Source: Tubiluchus corallicola (Eukaryota; Animalia; Priapulida). Taken from it: DNA of 64,000 bases. The position numbers and the translations under genes are program-made. This document shows positions 26,560 through 39,528 of this stretch, piece after piece. The notes beneath the pieces are model-generated. The model was not told where the DNA came from. It did not search any database and saw only the letters and a list, made by a program, of their open reading frames with translations. Numbering within the stretch: the first letter of the stretch is position 1; every line of letters starts with the position of its first letter. The stretch spans positions 124,001 through 188,000 of the forward strand of contig JAQGDQ010000290.1 in assembly GCA_030141605.1 (NCBI GenBank), written 5' to 3'.

Positions 26560-27995
26560 CGAGCGTAAATTCACTGAGTCAGTTCACTCCTCCCGAGAGG
26601 ATTTGTTCACGCTGAAAAGGTTTACCCACACCGACATTAAGACCAGTATTGACATTGAAACAGTTTATACTCACGTAGAGGTAGTTTCCTTACACTAAGA
26701 AGATTTACTCACACTCAAACAATTTTTAGATAAGATGGTTTATTTTCAAAAACGTAGTTTATTCATACTTGTCTCGTGGTGGTTTATTCACATTAGGACG
26801 TCTTTTACGAGCCGAAGTGGGTTACTCACACGGTCACGCTTTACTCATGCTAAGAGGTTTAGTCGGATTAGTATGATAATTTCACACCAGTACTGCCGGT
26901 AGTTTATTTACGTATAAATTGGTTTTATTTCCACTGAAGAAGTTTTGTTGCAACGAAAAGGCTTATACATATTAAAGTACTTAGTCACATTGAGGGTGTT
27001 TACTCACATAAAGCTGATCGTTTGAAACTGAGACTATCAATTTATATGGAGACAGTTTATTCATGTGGTAACAATTTGATCACACTGACGTGATATGTTT
27101 ACACTATGATAGGGTGTCCATATAAGACAGTTACTAGCAATGCAATTTCTATTCACATTGGAGCAGTTTACTTGCATTAACTAAACCGACGCAGTCTACT
27201 CACACTGAGCACGTTTGTTCAAGCTGACACACACCTGGCAGCTTACAATCTAATTGAGATCGATTAACCAAAATTTTACCCGATAAGGCAGGTCACAATC
27301 AGCCACTTAATTCACACTGTGGGAGTTTCACACAAACTAAAGTTACGGGGTCACTAAAATGTCTCTTTTACACGTATCTAATTAGTCAACTAGTCGATTA
27401 GTCAACTCAATTAGTGTGAGTGAACTGTAAAGCTAGTTAGTATGAGCAAATTCTAAAGCTGTTTACTCACACTAAAAAGTGTATTCACATTAGAGCAGTT
27501 TACTAATACTAAAATTATTTACACACACTGAATAAACCTGCTCACATTGAAATGGTTTATCCACACGCAAAACACGCGCAATGCCTGATCTAATAAACTA
27601 AGGTAGACTATGATGCCGATTATCCACACTAAATTGATATTTTCAAAGCGAGGTCATTTTTTCACACACAGAGAAGAAACGTATCATTCAATACAGGTCC
27701 CTTTATTCACACTAAGAAAGTCTGGTCGTATTGAAGTCTATCCACACCGAAAAAGCTGGATTTTTTTCACATTGAATGGAACGGTTCACTGGAAAGATTT
27801 ACTCACACTGAGGCAGTTCATTTACACTGATGCAACTTACTCGCGCAACAGTTTACTTCTTGCAAGATGGATTTCTCAATTTAGATGGTTAATTTATGCC
27901 AAATAACTTTTCTCACAGCAAGGTAGTTCAAAATGAGGTTAGTTTATTTATGCATTTATGTTTTAGCCACACGAGACGGTTTACTGATACTGAAA
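26560..27995. repeat. Highly degenerate ~20-bp minisatellite (core GTTTACTCACACTGA)
   Basis: Core recurs dozens of times with ~20-nt spacing, e.g. 26703, 26998, 27194, 27461, 27797. Confidence 0.7.
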
Positions 27996-28017
27996 AGATT
28001 GGAAAAACCAAAGCTGT

Positions 28018-28974
28018 TCAAGAATTTCGCCAAAGTAAGGCTTTCAACGCACGTCTGAAATTTTCCAGTTTTCCAGCGTACACAAAAACATTGACGAGAG
28101 AGTTGGTCATCGCCAATAACAGCGTGAAAATTAGCCCTTGTGACGTCACTCGCTCAAAACACTGGCCCCCATATTCGCACATGAAATGGAGAAAAAACAT
28201 GACCAAAAATGGCGCCCAGAAGGCCATATAGAGCACAACAGTCATGCCGAGGGCTTTGACAATCTTCATCTTGTCGTGAAACTCCTTGTTGTCTTTTGCA
28301 GTGACCACCGAAGAGATGGCTTGCTGTTGTCTCAGAGCTGCTCGACCTATGCGATAGTAACAGAACATCAACAACGGTAGAAGCAGAGAGCCGTGGACAT
28401 TGTTCAGAATGAAGATGTATAAACCGAACAGTCTGATGAAGTGAACGCAAGACAGTCCTACACTGTTACTCAGTCTGTACGTAACAGCGGCAAACACGGT
28501 AAGAACAATGGAATAAATCCACGTCAGTATCAACACCTGTTTCACCCGCCATGGTGTCACCCACGTGTTGTAGTGTAACGGGTAAACAATGGCAATATAC
28601 CTTTCAACGCTCATACCCATGTATAATAGAATGGAACTGTAGATGTAGCAAACCATGAGCGTTATGATCAAACTGCAAAAATTCACGTTACAACCCAGGC
28701 CGGATAAGAAACCAATAAATAACATCAACAATCCAAAGCCAGTCAAGGAATCAGCTACAGCCAGATTAGCCATGAAGTAAAATGGAATTTCGTGCAGCGT
28801 TTCTGTGTAAACGATCACTATTAGCACGAGAAAGTTACATATGAGAATGCCCGAGCCTAGTACCACGTTGATGGCATTGGAAGCAATATGGGCGCCGTGG
28901 TATTTCTCCACGTGCTCACAAAATACTTCATTCTCGAAGATGTCCGTAGCGTTAGTGAACACTCTTTCAAACAT
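28018..28974 (-). CDS. Intronless rhodopsin-family (class A) GPCR, adenosine/melanocortin-like orphan
   Basis: 318 aa with seven hydrophobic segments; TM1 N, LAVAD, ERY(IAIVYPLHY), FWAPF, NSLVNVFVY, helix 8 FRRALKALL. Confidence 0.92.
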   Translation of the reverse strand: MFERVFTNATDIFENEVFCEHVEKYHGAHIASNAINVVLGSGILICNFLVLIVIVYTETLHEIPFYFMANLAVADSLTGFGLLMLFIGFLSGLGCNVNFCSLIITLMVCYIYSSILLYMGMSVERYIAIVYPLHYNTWVTPWRVKQVLILTWIYSIVLTVFAAVTYRLSNSVGLSCVHFIRLFGLYIFILNNVHGSLLLPLLMFCYYRIGRAALRQQQAISSVVTAKDNKEFHDKMKIVKALGMTVVLYMAFWAPFLVMFFLHFMCEYGGQCFERVTSQGLIFTLLLAMTNSLVNVFVYAGKLENFRRALKALLWRNS

Positions 28975-29965
28975 TGCTACAACATAACATAGATTTCATT
29001 CGACGCCCAATTGTCAGTGCTTCAATAACTGGTCAGTAGAATTATCTCCAGTTGACAACTGAAATGACTAAAGATTCCTTTTGAATTACAGATAATTTTA
29101 CGCACAAGAAACCTTAGCAAAAATTCAGCTAAGTATTAAAAAAAATATAACAACAATTTAAAGTGATACAAACATAAACAAATATTAAAAATTCGTTATC
29201 AGCAACAATTATTAAGTCAAAGTATAGTTGTCTGATGACACATGAAAGCAGTTGAAACGTATTTACTAACACGTAGCACATGAGGATAGAATCCCTGCAC
29301 ATTGTCAAAACAGACAGCTTTAATGAGTGCTTATTTAACTCATTTCATATAATAATGTTCAGCCTCTGCACTTTGACAGTGTGAAAAGATTTTCACAAAA
29401 ATTAACGGTTGTAATGGTTTAAGAAATCAAAAACTAATATTATTGCCAATAGACTTTAGCTGTTTTTAGATGATAACATCAGCATGTGATTCAACACAGT
29501 TTGACAACACAACACCTGTTCGCATTAAGTTTTTCCTGTTTTACTTTACAGAAACGCGCCGCAATTGAAAATTTTTCATCTGTGAGCATGATGGTGCGCC
29601 TGATGTATGCTCTATCGACAGTTTCAGAGGCTAAAAATGTATTCACATATTTACGAGTAAAGTGACGCAAACCAATACAACACAAAGTTGCATGACTCAT
29701 TCAATTTTGCGTTCGCTTTGACGACCATCAAAGACTCACAAACGCTTTGTCAGGTTTCGGTTATGATTTGTGAAAATCAATATGTTAAAGGTAAGATTGG
29801 ATTTCGTTTTGCTTTTTGTGGTTGGTTGTTTTTCTTTCATTTCATTTTCTCTATGTCGGGTAAACAAATTTGCTATACGAGTTTGTATCACACAGCATTA
29901 AACTGTTTCCTGCGCCAACCGTTATAAAGCAAGATTGTTCTGCATTTTTAATCACACCGCTGATT

Positions 29966-30700
29966 GATTAAACCTTAGACAGGCTAGACCTAACACAAGC
30001 TAGCCACAGACCACACCTCTGATAGATTAGACCTTAGACAGGCGGCCAGACATAACACAAGCTAGCCACAGACCACATCTCTGATATATTAAACCTTCGA
30101 CAGGCCAGATATAACACAAGCTAACCACAGATCACACCACTGATAGATTAAACCTTAGGCAGGCCAGACCTAATGCAAGCTAACCACAGACCATACCACT
30201 GATAGATTAAACCTTAGACAGGCCAGACATAACACAAGCTAGCCACAGATCACACCACTGATAGATTAAACCTTCGACAGGCCAGACATAACACAAGCTA
30301 GCCACAGACCATACCTCTGATAGATTAAACATTCGACAGGCCAGACCTAATGCAAGCTAACCACAGACCATACTCTGGTAGATCAAGTCTGAGACTGATT
30401 AGACCCCAGACAGACTAGCCGACAAGCCAGACCTGGTCAGGTTTCAAACAGACCAACCACAGACCATGAGTAGATCAAATTAGAGACAGATCAGATCCCA
30501 GAGGAACTTACTACAGACCACTGACACATCAGTTATGACATAGATGACCATATAATTATATCAGATCTCAGATCCATACAGACTAGACCACACTCCTGAC
30601 AGATCAGCCACAAACCACTCCTCAGACTAGACCTCAGACCAGATTCTTAACAGACTAGCCACAGGCCAAACCAAACTGACCTAGAGTCAGACCCACATTT
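29966..30700. repeat. ~58-60 bp tandem repeat (7 copies) decaying into CAGAC-rich low-complexity sequence
   Basis: Unit GATTAAACCTTAGACAGGCCAGACATAACACAAGCTAGCCACAGACCACACCTCTGATA. Confidence 0.9.
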
Positions 30701-31925
30701 ATCTTAGAAAGAAACCAATCCAATAACTAGACAACAGCAAGACAGTAAGAAGGCTGGACCACAGACTGCGACTATCATTTTAAATACTGCATCTTTTTTG
30801 TTACATGATGCAAAAACGGTTACATAATGATTGCTGCACAGTGACATAAAATTTGTTGCATAATGAGGAACTTTGTGATTTGTTACATAATGCAAGATTT
30901 TTTAGTTGTGTAATGATCATTTTGTTAAACAATGAATCTTAACATACCGTATGTATTAGTCAGTGAAAGTACAAGGTCTACCACCATTTTGTTATACTTG
31001 CATCAGGATGACACATTGTTACACTTGAACACTGTTACAGCAATACTATGTGCACCACATAGGACAGGTCAAATATGTTAGTCTGGTAAGTGTTCCATAA
31101 CCAGACCTCTTCTCTAACAATAAAATTAAGTCCTTATTAATTTTTGCAGTTTGTTATTCTGCAATTTCCTACCTAGCAACACAGCAAAACCACAACCAAA
31201 GGTTTATTATTAACATAAATTTTCTAAGGTAAGAACTGACAAAGGTGTCCTGGTTCAGATGCATATCACCCAACGGGGACGCATAATCCGGATAAAGCTA
31301 GCTAGAAGCAGTGATTCCGTCAACCATCTATCCAGTTACTGATCGTTCTCGACATTGCTTAGTTTCTGTCACAAAACGCACTCAGTGACCATTCGGCCAT
31401 TCTTCTGAACAAATGAATTTATAAAAGAGTAGAGAACGCAATGCAAAACTTAAAGTGTTCACCCTTTTATTTTATAAAAATATAAGATCACAGCATTTAA
31501 TGGATAATGCTAATGTAAATCAAGGTTTTCATCCACAACAACAGTTACACAGAGGAATGCACAACAGCTTAATGCTTTTTCACATATAACCATTTAATAC
31601 TGTAGACGTATCCGAAAATCAAAACAAGGGAACCAAGAAAAAAAGACATAAAAATTTATTTTTGCTATTTATTAATGATTATTTGGGGGTGGAATAAGCC
31701 TTTTCACAAATCCAATGAGTGATGCAGATGGTGAAAAGGTCAAAGGTTAAGTGAACCAGACAAAGCATTTTTGTACACTTCACAACACCCGCCAGCCCAC
31801 GCTATGGTAACAGTAACAGTTTTAACAGCTAGTTAGAACCTTACTTAGTTCATTATTTCTTGTTCCGAAGCAAGATCCTGCTAGTAAATCAATGCATAAT
31901 TAAGTAAAGTCCACGTAAAACAACA

Positions 31926-32536
31926 AGAAAATGACATTGTAAGTGAAGTCACTGAACTGATACAGCAGACAGCTTTGCTTTATTCACATGTCACATCATG
32001 TCATGACATTTGTAGTTAAGGCGCGTTGCTGTGGTATGCTTAACCTCTGACATACAGCAACTACGCATACCGAAACGTGAAAAGGCTTTATGTTCTGTAA
32101 ATACTTTTTCTGTATTTCAGCATAAATTTTTTCAAGCACTTTAATGCATCTGCACAGAAAAAATTAGAAATTAATGTCACACATGCGTAGACTACACAAG
32201 ATCGACACAAGTCTTAATTTCCTTAGTAACGATAAAAACGTAACCTTAAAAAACATTATCAAAAAATATTAAAAGCTACCGACTAAGCGCAAAAAAGCAT
32301 TAAATCACTTCACCTTAATTTCACATCCACATACAATAAAAAAACAATTTCTGTAAAATTAGAATTTACAAACTCCCACTTAGTAAGTGATACAGTCATG
32401 ACATAACAATAGAATAAGTTACAGGTAACAACCATAGATTAATTCAGTGATTCTTAATTTCGTTGGAGGATTTGAACCCGGCAAGTTTCATATGTTCTAA
32501 TCATTAGATTACCAATGAATGCTAGAAGAATGGAAG
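31926..32536 (+). repeat. ~610-bp direct repeat, copy 1
   Basis: Near-identical to 34462-35084. Confidence 0.93.
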
Positions 32537-33033
32537 AATAGTAGTGGCTGGTGTATAGTGACAAGACAAAAATTTAAAATAAAACTGTTTTTAATTGATT
32601 TAATTTGCTCTTAAAATGCACAGCTAAATGTATGTTACAATTACAAGCACCAGCCAGAAGGCACCAAATGCTTTGAAGAAACAAACACTTTCTGATATTC
32701 ATTCAGTGAGTAATTAACTTTTGGCCCAGTCACCTTCAATTATTATTCTAAGATATACTAAAATTTATATTAGTATATATAATATGCATATATTATAAGT
32801 CTCGTGATGTTTTTGTTGAAAATAAATTTAAAATTTCATAATTGATGCTTAAAACACGACCCCTTATTAGACTTATGACACTTATTACATGAGTGAAAGT
32901 TGACATGTTAGTTTTTTTCATGTTAGGGTTATATTGCAATTCATTTTGCCTTGCAAGAATACTATGTAACACACTAAGACTAAATTACACCCCATGAAAA
33001 ACGAATACACGCAGTAAATGTGCTTAGATCACT

Positions 33034-33434
33034 TTACAGTGTTGTCTCACAAATGAAGCGTCCATTTCCAGTATGTTGAATATCGTGAAATCCACCTGGT
33101 CGAAATATCATGTAGTTCTCCAGGTGAAAGTTGCTCGGATGAGCCGGACGCCATGCAATGGGGTTGAACTCATTAGCCAATCTTCCTGTGGCTTCCCAAA
33201 CCCATGTTCCTTCTTCAGAATCGTCGCTTCCACTCGTCCAGAAGGGAAAACCAAGATCTGTGATCCTGCCATTCAAATATGTGTATTCCGCCTGTGACTC
33301 CACGCTTACAAGATCTGCCCCTTTGCTAATGCACGCTTCACGTGCAGTGCCCCAATTAGTCGCATAATAAGAACTAAAGAAGTAGCAGGCTCCTCTAAAT
33401 TCTTCAAACTCCTCCGGGCATCTTCCGCTGTCAA
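33034..33434 (-). CDS. PAN/apple + C-type lectin domain protein, exon 2 (CTLD)
   Basis: Acceptor TTTTGTAG, phase 1; CPEEF..GACY..W..A..C...GADLVSV..FWTSG.D..EG.W.W...W...FICE then stop. Confidence 0.88.
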
Positions 33435-33656
33435 CTACAAAAAAATCATTTTGAATCATTTTAAATCTACTTGCTAGGCAAGTGTTAATTGATTCATATA
33501 TGTCTTTGTGAAAGATTTGATTCCAAAACAAATCAGAGCAAATCTAGATTTTCTTTAGAAAATTTGTGTGATACGTTCCGTCTTTCCAAGAGGCTATAAG
33601 AACTGTTTATTCAGACAAAAGTTACGCCATAAAAGGTTAATTAATTGTTTAGTTAC

Positions 33657-33936
33657 CTTTCTCGTAGTAGTCAAAATTGTTGACCGTTGTTGGAGTTTTG
33701 TCATCCACACCACAAGCACTGAGCTCACAGGTAACGCCCTCACCTGCTGGTCCAACATTTAAACCAACACAAGTTGAACCTCTCATTGAACACAAGTGAG
33801 CACATTTCACTTCACTGACGAGATTAGCCGTTTCAAGCATACATTCTCTGATAACCTTGTTCGCTTCTTGCTTCTGATATCGAAAACATGTCGCTGAACC
33901 TATTGCGGCTATTAAGCACACCAAGTACCCGATCAT
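33657..33936 (-). CDS. PAN/apple + C-type lectin domain protein, exon 1 (signal peptide, PAN-like domain)
   Basis: Hydrophobic N-terminus MIGYLVCLIAAIGSATC; S..KCAHLC....CVGLN........CEL pattern; donor AG|GTAAC phase 1 matches exon 2. Confidence 0.82.
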
Positions 33937-34461
33937 TTTAACAAAAATATCAGTTCTTTTATTTGTTTATTTTGCTAAGAACTGCAATAAAACTAACTAA
34001 TGACCGACAACACTAAACAATTGTCATTAGTGTACATGCAAAATGACAGAAAGCAATTGACAACAAACATTGCAATCTGTGCTGCATGCCTCAAAGAAAC
34101 ACAATGGAAATACCTGAGAGAGCTTTTGTATTTGTTCCTAGGTTACACCTTTGCTAAACGTTTCTTTGATTGCAATATGCAATATTTATTACTTGCACCA
34201 AGACTATTGTTCTAAGTTATAGGAAATGCGAGTGTTGCAGGTGGTGGTTAGGCAGGTGTGTAATAACAACGTATGAAGCAAAATAAGTCAATTTTGTGGC
34301 ACATTAACAGAAGAACTACTTTTTGTTTTTTCACAAAATTTCAGCTTTTATTAGAAGACATTTATAATGTTGGAATTTTCAGCTTTTATTAGAAAGGACA
34401 TTTATAAAGTTCGAATTTTTAGCTTTTGTTAGAAAAGAAGTTGGTAGTAGAGGTAGTTGGT

Positions 34462-35084
34462 AGAAAATGACATTGTAAGTGAAGTCACTGAACTGATACA
34501 GCAGACAGCTTTGCTTTACTCACATGTCACATCATGTCATGACAGTTGTAGTTAAGACGCGTTGCTGACATACACTTAACCTCTGACATACAGCAACTAC
34601 GCATACCGAAACGTGAAAAGGCTTTATGTTTTGTAAATACTTTTTCTGTATTTCAGCATAAATTTTTTCAAGCACTTTAATGCATCTGCACAGAAAAAAT
34701 TAGAAATTAATGTCACACATGCGTAGACTACACAAGATCGACACAAGTCTTAATTTCCTTAGTAACGATAAAAATGTAACCTTAAAAAACATTATCAAAA
34801 AATATTAAAAGATACTGACTAAGCGCAAAAAAGCATTAAATCACTTCACCTTAATTTCACATCCACATACAATAAAAAAACAATTTCTGTAACAATTTCT
34901 GTAAAATTAGAATTTACAAACTCCTGCTTAGCAAGTGATACAGTCATGACATAACAATAGAATAAGTTACCGGTAACAACCGTAGATTAATTCAGTGATT
35001 CTTAATTTCGTTGGAGGATTTGAACCCGGCAAGTTTCATATGTTCTAATCATTAGATTACCAATGAATGCTTGAAGAATGGAAG
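34462..35084 (+). repeat. ~610-bp direct repeat, copy 2
   Basis: Near-identical to 31926-32536, with a small internal duplication AACAATTTCTGT. Confidence 0.93.
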
Positions 35085-35533
35085 CACATGGACCTGTAAT
35101 CAGCAACATTTAAATAGATGCAGATTCATTTTAAACGATATTAAAATTTCATAATGGCAACTATTAGTAAACATTTAACAACAACAACAAAACCTGAGAT
35201 TTCATGATTATGATATTCAGAATGCTACTCAAGGTCACGCTGAGTCTGGCTTCATTGCTTCAACATACCTCATCAACAACAGAATCAAAGTAGTTGTTTG
35301 CTTTTTGCTATTAACATTGCATTTTCATCAAATCCTTACAAACCACAATAGTATTATTAAATGGAATGTTCATAAAATAGATTGTTTTGCCTTATAGTTG
35401 TTTGATAAACAGTATGGAGCATAACTGAGCTGGGCTTTTAAAAAATTGCATACATTAATTCACACTTCTACTGTGCTATGCACACATTTACAATTTTTTC
35501 TAACTTAATAACGCACTTCACAGAACTGATTGA

Positions 35534-35923
35534 ACACTCATATCCTGGTTTGCCAGACTCGCTTTTACGGATATCGGAAGAATCGGACAAAATCTGGGCC
35601 GTTAAAAATACCGCATACTATGGACACAGTCCGTTGTTTAGTGAGCTAACCATTAGTTGGCGGGCCGTCACTTTGTTACATCATTATGTCAGTGTAACCA
35701 CATGTATATCTCTATGTATAAAAATATAGCATCAATTGTGTAGAATTATTTGAGTCAATTGTCGACAGTTTTTATATACTTTTGCATAGGAGCGGCCCAT
35801 ACTAGGCGTTTTTGAGACAATTGGACGATTGCTGAGCCTACTGTCTTAGCTTAGAATCGGTAAAGATGGATAATTGGCAAATTTGAATCAACGTCTCCGC
35901 TCTTTTGTCCAGGATATGAGTGT
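35534..35923. mobile_element. Putative MITE with 15-bp TIR
   Basis: ACACTCATATCCTGG (35534) ... CCAGGATATGAGTGT (35923); TSD unclear. Confidence 0.55.
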
Positions 35924-36118
35924 AATTAACAAAGAGACTTTTGCCCTTCCAAAATATTGGAATTACCAGTCAGAGTGGAATAAAAAGCTTAAAATGATTA
36001 TATGATTACACTGAGAAGTATTCCTGTCAATTCCTGTCAATTTTTAACTAACACCTTATTCTTGAATCCATGAATTATTCCAGTCATAACCATAACCAGT
36101 AACAACTAACCATAACCA

Positions 36119-36127
36119 TCAATTTAC
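36119..36127 (-). CDS. PHGDH: D-3-phosphoglycerate dehydrogenase, probable last coding exon (Val-Asn-stop)
   Basis: Strong acceptor TTTTGGTTTATTTCAG followed by GTA AAT TGA; supplies the conserved VN after QGI. Confidence 0.65.
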   Translation of the reverse strand, partial: VN

Positions 36128-37025
36128 CTGAAATAAACCAAAATAAACATAAAATAAATCCGATGTTAAAGTATTTCTGGAAAGCAAAATTATTAATAAA
36201 CATACATTATGTTGTTGTTTTTTTAATCAGCGTAGCCACTGGTCAAGCAAATAAGTTTCAGCGTAAAATCAGAATTACATACCGGCGCTAAACAGCCCTC
36301 ATAAATACATCAAAGTGTATTTACAAACAGACATCAGACAAATAGGTTTTCCAAATCCAGAAGTCTCCATTTGAGCTAAGCAACAATTTGGAGAGAGGAA
36401 ACAGAAAGTACCAAAATTTTCAAATTAGCTGGCAATTAACAAAATCATTAATTAGATTACAAGTGTGGATGCCGGTATGTTCTTAAACCACTGCAGTTCA
36501 TTTCACAATAAATATTATCCATTGCAAATAACGAGTTGAAGAAAGAAAGGAGAAGTTGGAAAATTGGGAAGGAATCCCGAATGTTTCACTTTATCGTCTA
36601 CTTCTTTTCTTCAACTTATTGCCCACAATGGGTAATAATTGTTTTATTAACATTTTGCTATAGCATAGTTTTCATACAGTTATTATTATTATTATTTTTA
36701 TTTTTTCTCTGTAACTTTAAGACTTAATACCTCATAAGTCTTGCAAGCTAGTTGTTATTTTATATTTATTACGAAAACACCAAACAACAATTCAGTATAG
36801 CAAAATACGATATGATAAACACGGCTTACATGGGATTATATTAATTTCATTAATAAATATAGTAATATATTAAATTAATATTATTTATATAATATAATAT
36901 TACTGTACTATACAATACTATAACTATAGTTATTCGTTAGAAACACTTTGGCATTATTATAGGTATTATGGTTTTTACTATACAGAAAGTCCTTGTTTAA
37001 CAATATAGACTATAACTATAATATA

Positions 37026-37057
<32 letters not shown>

Positions 37058-37060
<3 letters not shown>

Positions 37061-37440
37061 TGTTCCCTCACTTATCGCGGGTGTTCCGTTCCAGGCCCAC
37101 CCATGATAAGTGAACTTCCGCGAAGTAGGGACACTATACTTATTTTAGTAGTTATACATTATTTTAAGTCTTTATAAACCCTCCCCACACTCTTATACAT
37201 AACACTTTCCCATTTGCTTAACTTTTCCCATACTGTACATGTACCTTTTAAAAAACTTTACTTAAATGTTCATAAAAATGTTTTAAACTCTTAAACCTAG
37301 ATACGTAATTTTGACGGAGTACTGCAAAAACCAGCGAAACAGCAAAAATACCGTGATAAATATTTTACATTAATATTTTTGAAAACCCGCGAAACAGCGA
37401 GTCCGCGATAAACGAATCGCAAAGTAGAGAGGGAACACCA
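37058..37440 (+). mobile_element. Tc1/mariner (pogo/Tigger-like) MITE
   Basis: TA-CAGTGTTCCCTC ... GAGGGAACACCA-TA; partial copies at 39307-39528 and 44430-44500. Confidence 0.8.
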
Positions 37441-37774
37441 TACTATACTATACTGTACTATGCTATAATAATTAATATTAACATATTAAATTAATATAGT
37501 AAATTAGTAATTTAATTACATTAATTTTATATTAAAAACGACATGATATTTGTATAAATTGTTACTTGCATTATATATTCAGAAGCATCACTTGTGCGAC
37601 TATAATGCAATTAATGGCGCAAAAAGGAAGGTAAAAAATGATGGAATGATAGTGGAGAGTGAAGGAGATGGGAATTAGTAGGATTAGCTTAGTGAAATGA
37701 CGTGGATGAGAAAGAATTGTTAGAATATCGCAAAAATATATATACATTAATGAACAGAAGTAAACGGCGAACTG

Positions 37775-38097
37775 AATTTCAGTACTTCGAATCTGAATCG
37801 AATTCGAACAGAGTTTGAAAGATTTTTGAACAAATTTTCGAATCACAACTAAAAAGCGGTCTTACAAAGATCATGCATAGCACTTGATTTTGTTCCGCAG
37901 TAAAACCGCTAGTAGTTTATTAAAAATTTTGCACAGAAACTGCGGCTAAATTATGCTAATTGCATGCTGTTTCAAACATTTCAACGATAAAGAACATACG
38001 TGCCTGAAGTGCTGAATTATCCGAATCTATAATTTTAGGTTCGAATCGATTGCGAACAAAAAAAAAATTCGATTCCAATGTTTGATGCTCACCCCTA
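37775..38097 (+). mobile_element. hAT-type MITE copy (TTCGAA-rich family), partial
   Basis: Ends ATGCTCACCCCTA; homologous to 57994-58364. Confidence 0.7.
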
Positions 38098-38325
38098 TTA
38101 TAATGCTCAATTTTAATATGAATTTAAAATGAAGTTTTCAAACTTTTTTAAATCTCAGTAACGACGAAATTGATTTGATATTTGCAGGTATTTTGTTCCA
38201 CATGGTAAGACCAATAAATGAAATGAAATGTTTCACAAAACTGTTGTGAAATAAACCGCAATAGTTTATGAACATTCAGGCATTCACAGTCATAATCTAA
38301 TCAACGATGAAGAAAGTTTACATAC

Positions 38326-38478
38326 TATTCCTTGAGGTTGCTCTCCTTTTGCGGCTCTCACAATGTCCTTGGCAATGTCTTCTGCAACACGAGTTTGAGC
38401 TTCGTAGGTACTGGCACCCAGATGAGGGGTGGTTACAACTTTTGGATGATCGAGCAACTCTCTCTTAGTAGGAGGTTC
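38326..38478 (-). CDS. PHGDH: D-3-phosphoglycerate dehydrogenase, exon 7
   Basis: EPPTKRELLDHPKVVTTPHLGASTYEAQTRVA (catalytic His motif); AG/GT boundaries, phase 0/0. Confidence 0.93.
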
Positions 38479-39528
38479 CTAAAAATGATCCATTACAATT
38501 AGCCATTTCACAGTTTCGTTGTGCGCACGTGCAGTTGTTGTAGGTCAAAGGTTAAGTGTACCACAGCAACGCAATTTAGTTACAACCGCCACTTGATGTG
38601 TAAAGCAAAGCTGTCTGCCACAGCTGTTCAGTAACTTCAGTTGTTTTATGTGGACTTTACTTTGCATTAGTCCGTGTGTAGAGTGATTTACTAGCAGGAT
38701 CTTGCTTGGGAACAAGAAAAAATGAACCAGGTAAGGTTCTAGCTAGCTGTTAAAACTGTTACTATTACAATAGCATGGGCTGCGAGGCATTGTCAAGTGT
38801 ACACAAATACATTGTCTGGTACACTTAACCTTTGACATTTTCAGGATCATCATCCATCTCTGGAACTGTGGAAAGGCTTATTAAGCTAAGACCTAACCAC
38901 TAACAATAAACAGATTATTTATTAAGAACTTCTAGAACAAAAAATGACATTTGCAATATTTCAACACAGTTAAGGCCATGTTCACTCAACAATCCACCTA
39001 AGTAAACAACACAGTGTAAAAAATATATCAAAATTAACATTGTGACAACCAACAAGACAAATACTGACTTGTAAACTTACATATTGTGTGACACAAAGCC
39101 AAATAATGGAAAAAAAGAACGTTATGTTACTCCAACACAGTTCAATTGGTCCATAAGTTTTCAGGAGGTTTTTAACAATTCAATAAATTTCAATCCAACT
39201 GTTAGGCAAACTTCGGCATTATTACAGGTGTAATGGTTTTTACTGTACAGAAAGTCCTTGTTTAACAATATAGACTATAACTATAATATATAATTATATT
39301 ACTATACAGTGTTGCCTCCCTTATCATGGGTGTTCCCTTCCAGGCCCACCCATGATAAGTGAATTTCCGCGAAGTAGGGACGCTATACTTATTTTAGTAG
39401 TTATACATTATTTTAAGTCTTCATAAACCCTCCCCACACACTTATACATAACTCTTTCCCATTTCCTTAATAACTTTTCCCATACTGTACATACACATTT
39501 TAAAAACTTTACTGAAATGTTCATAAAA

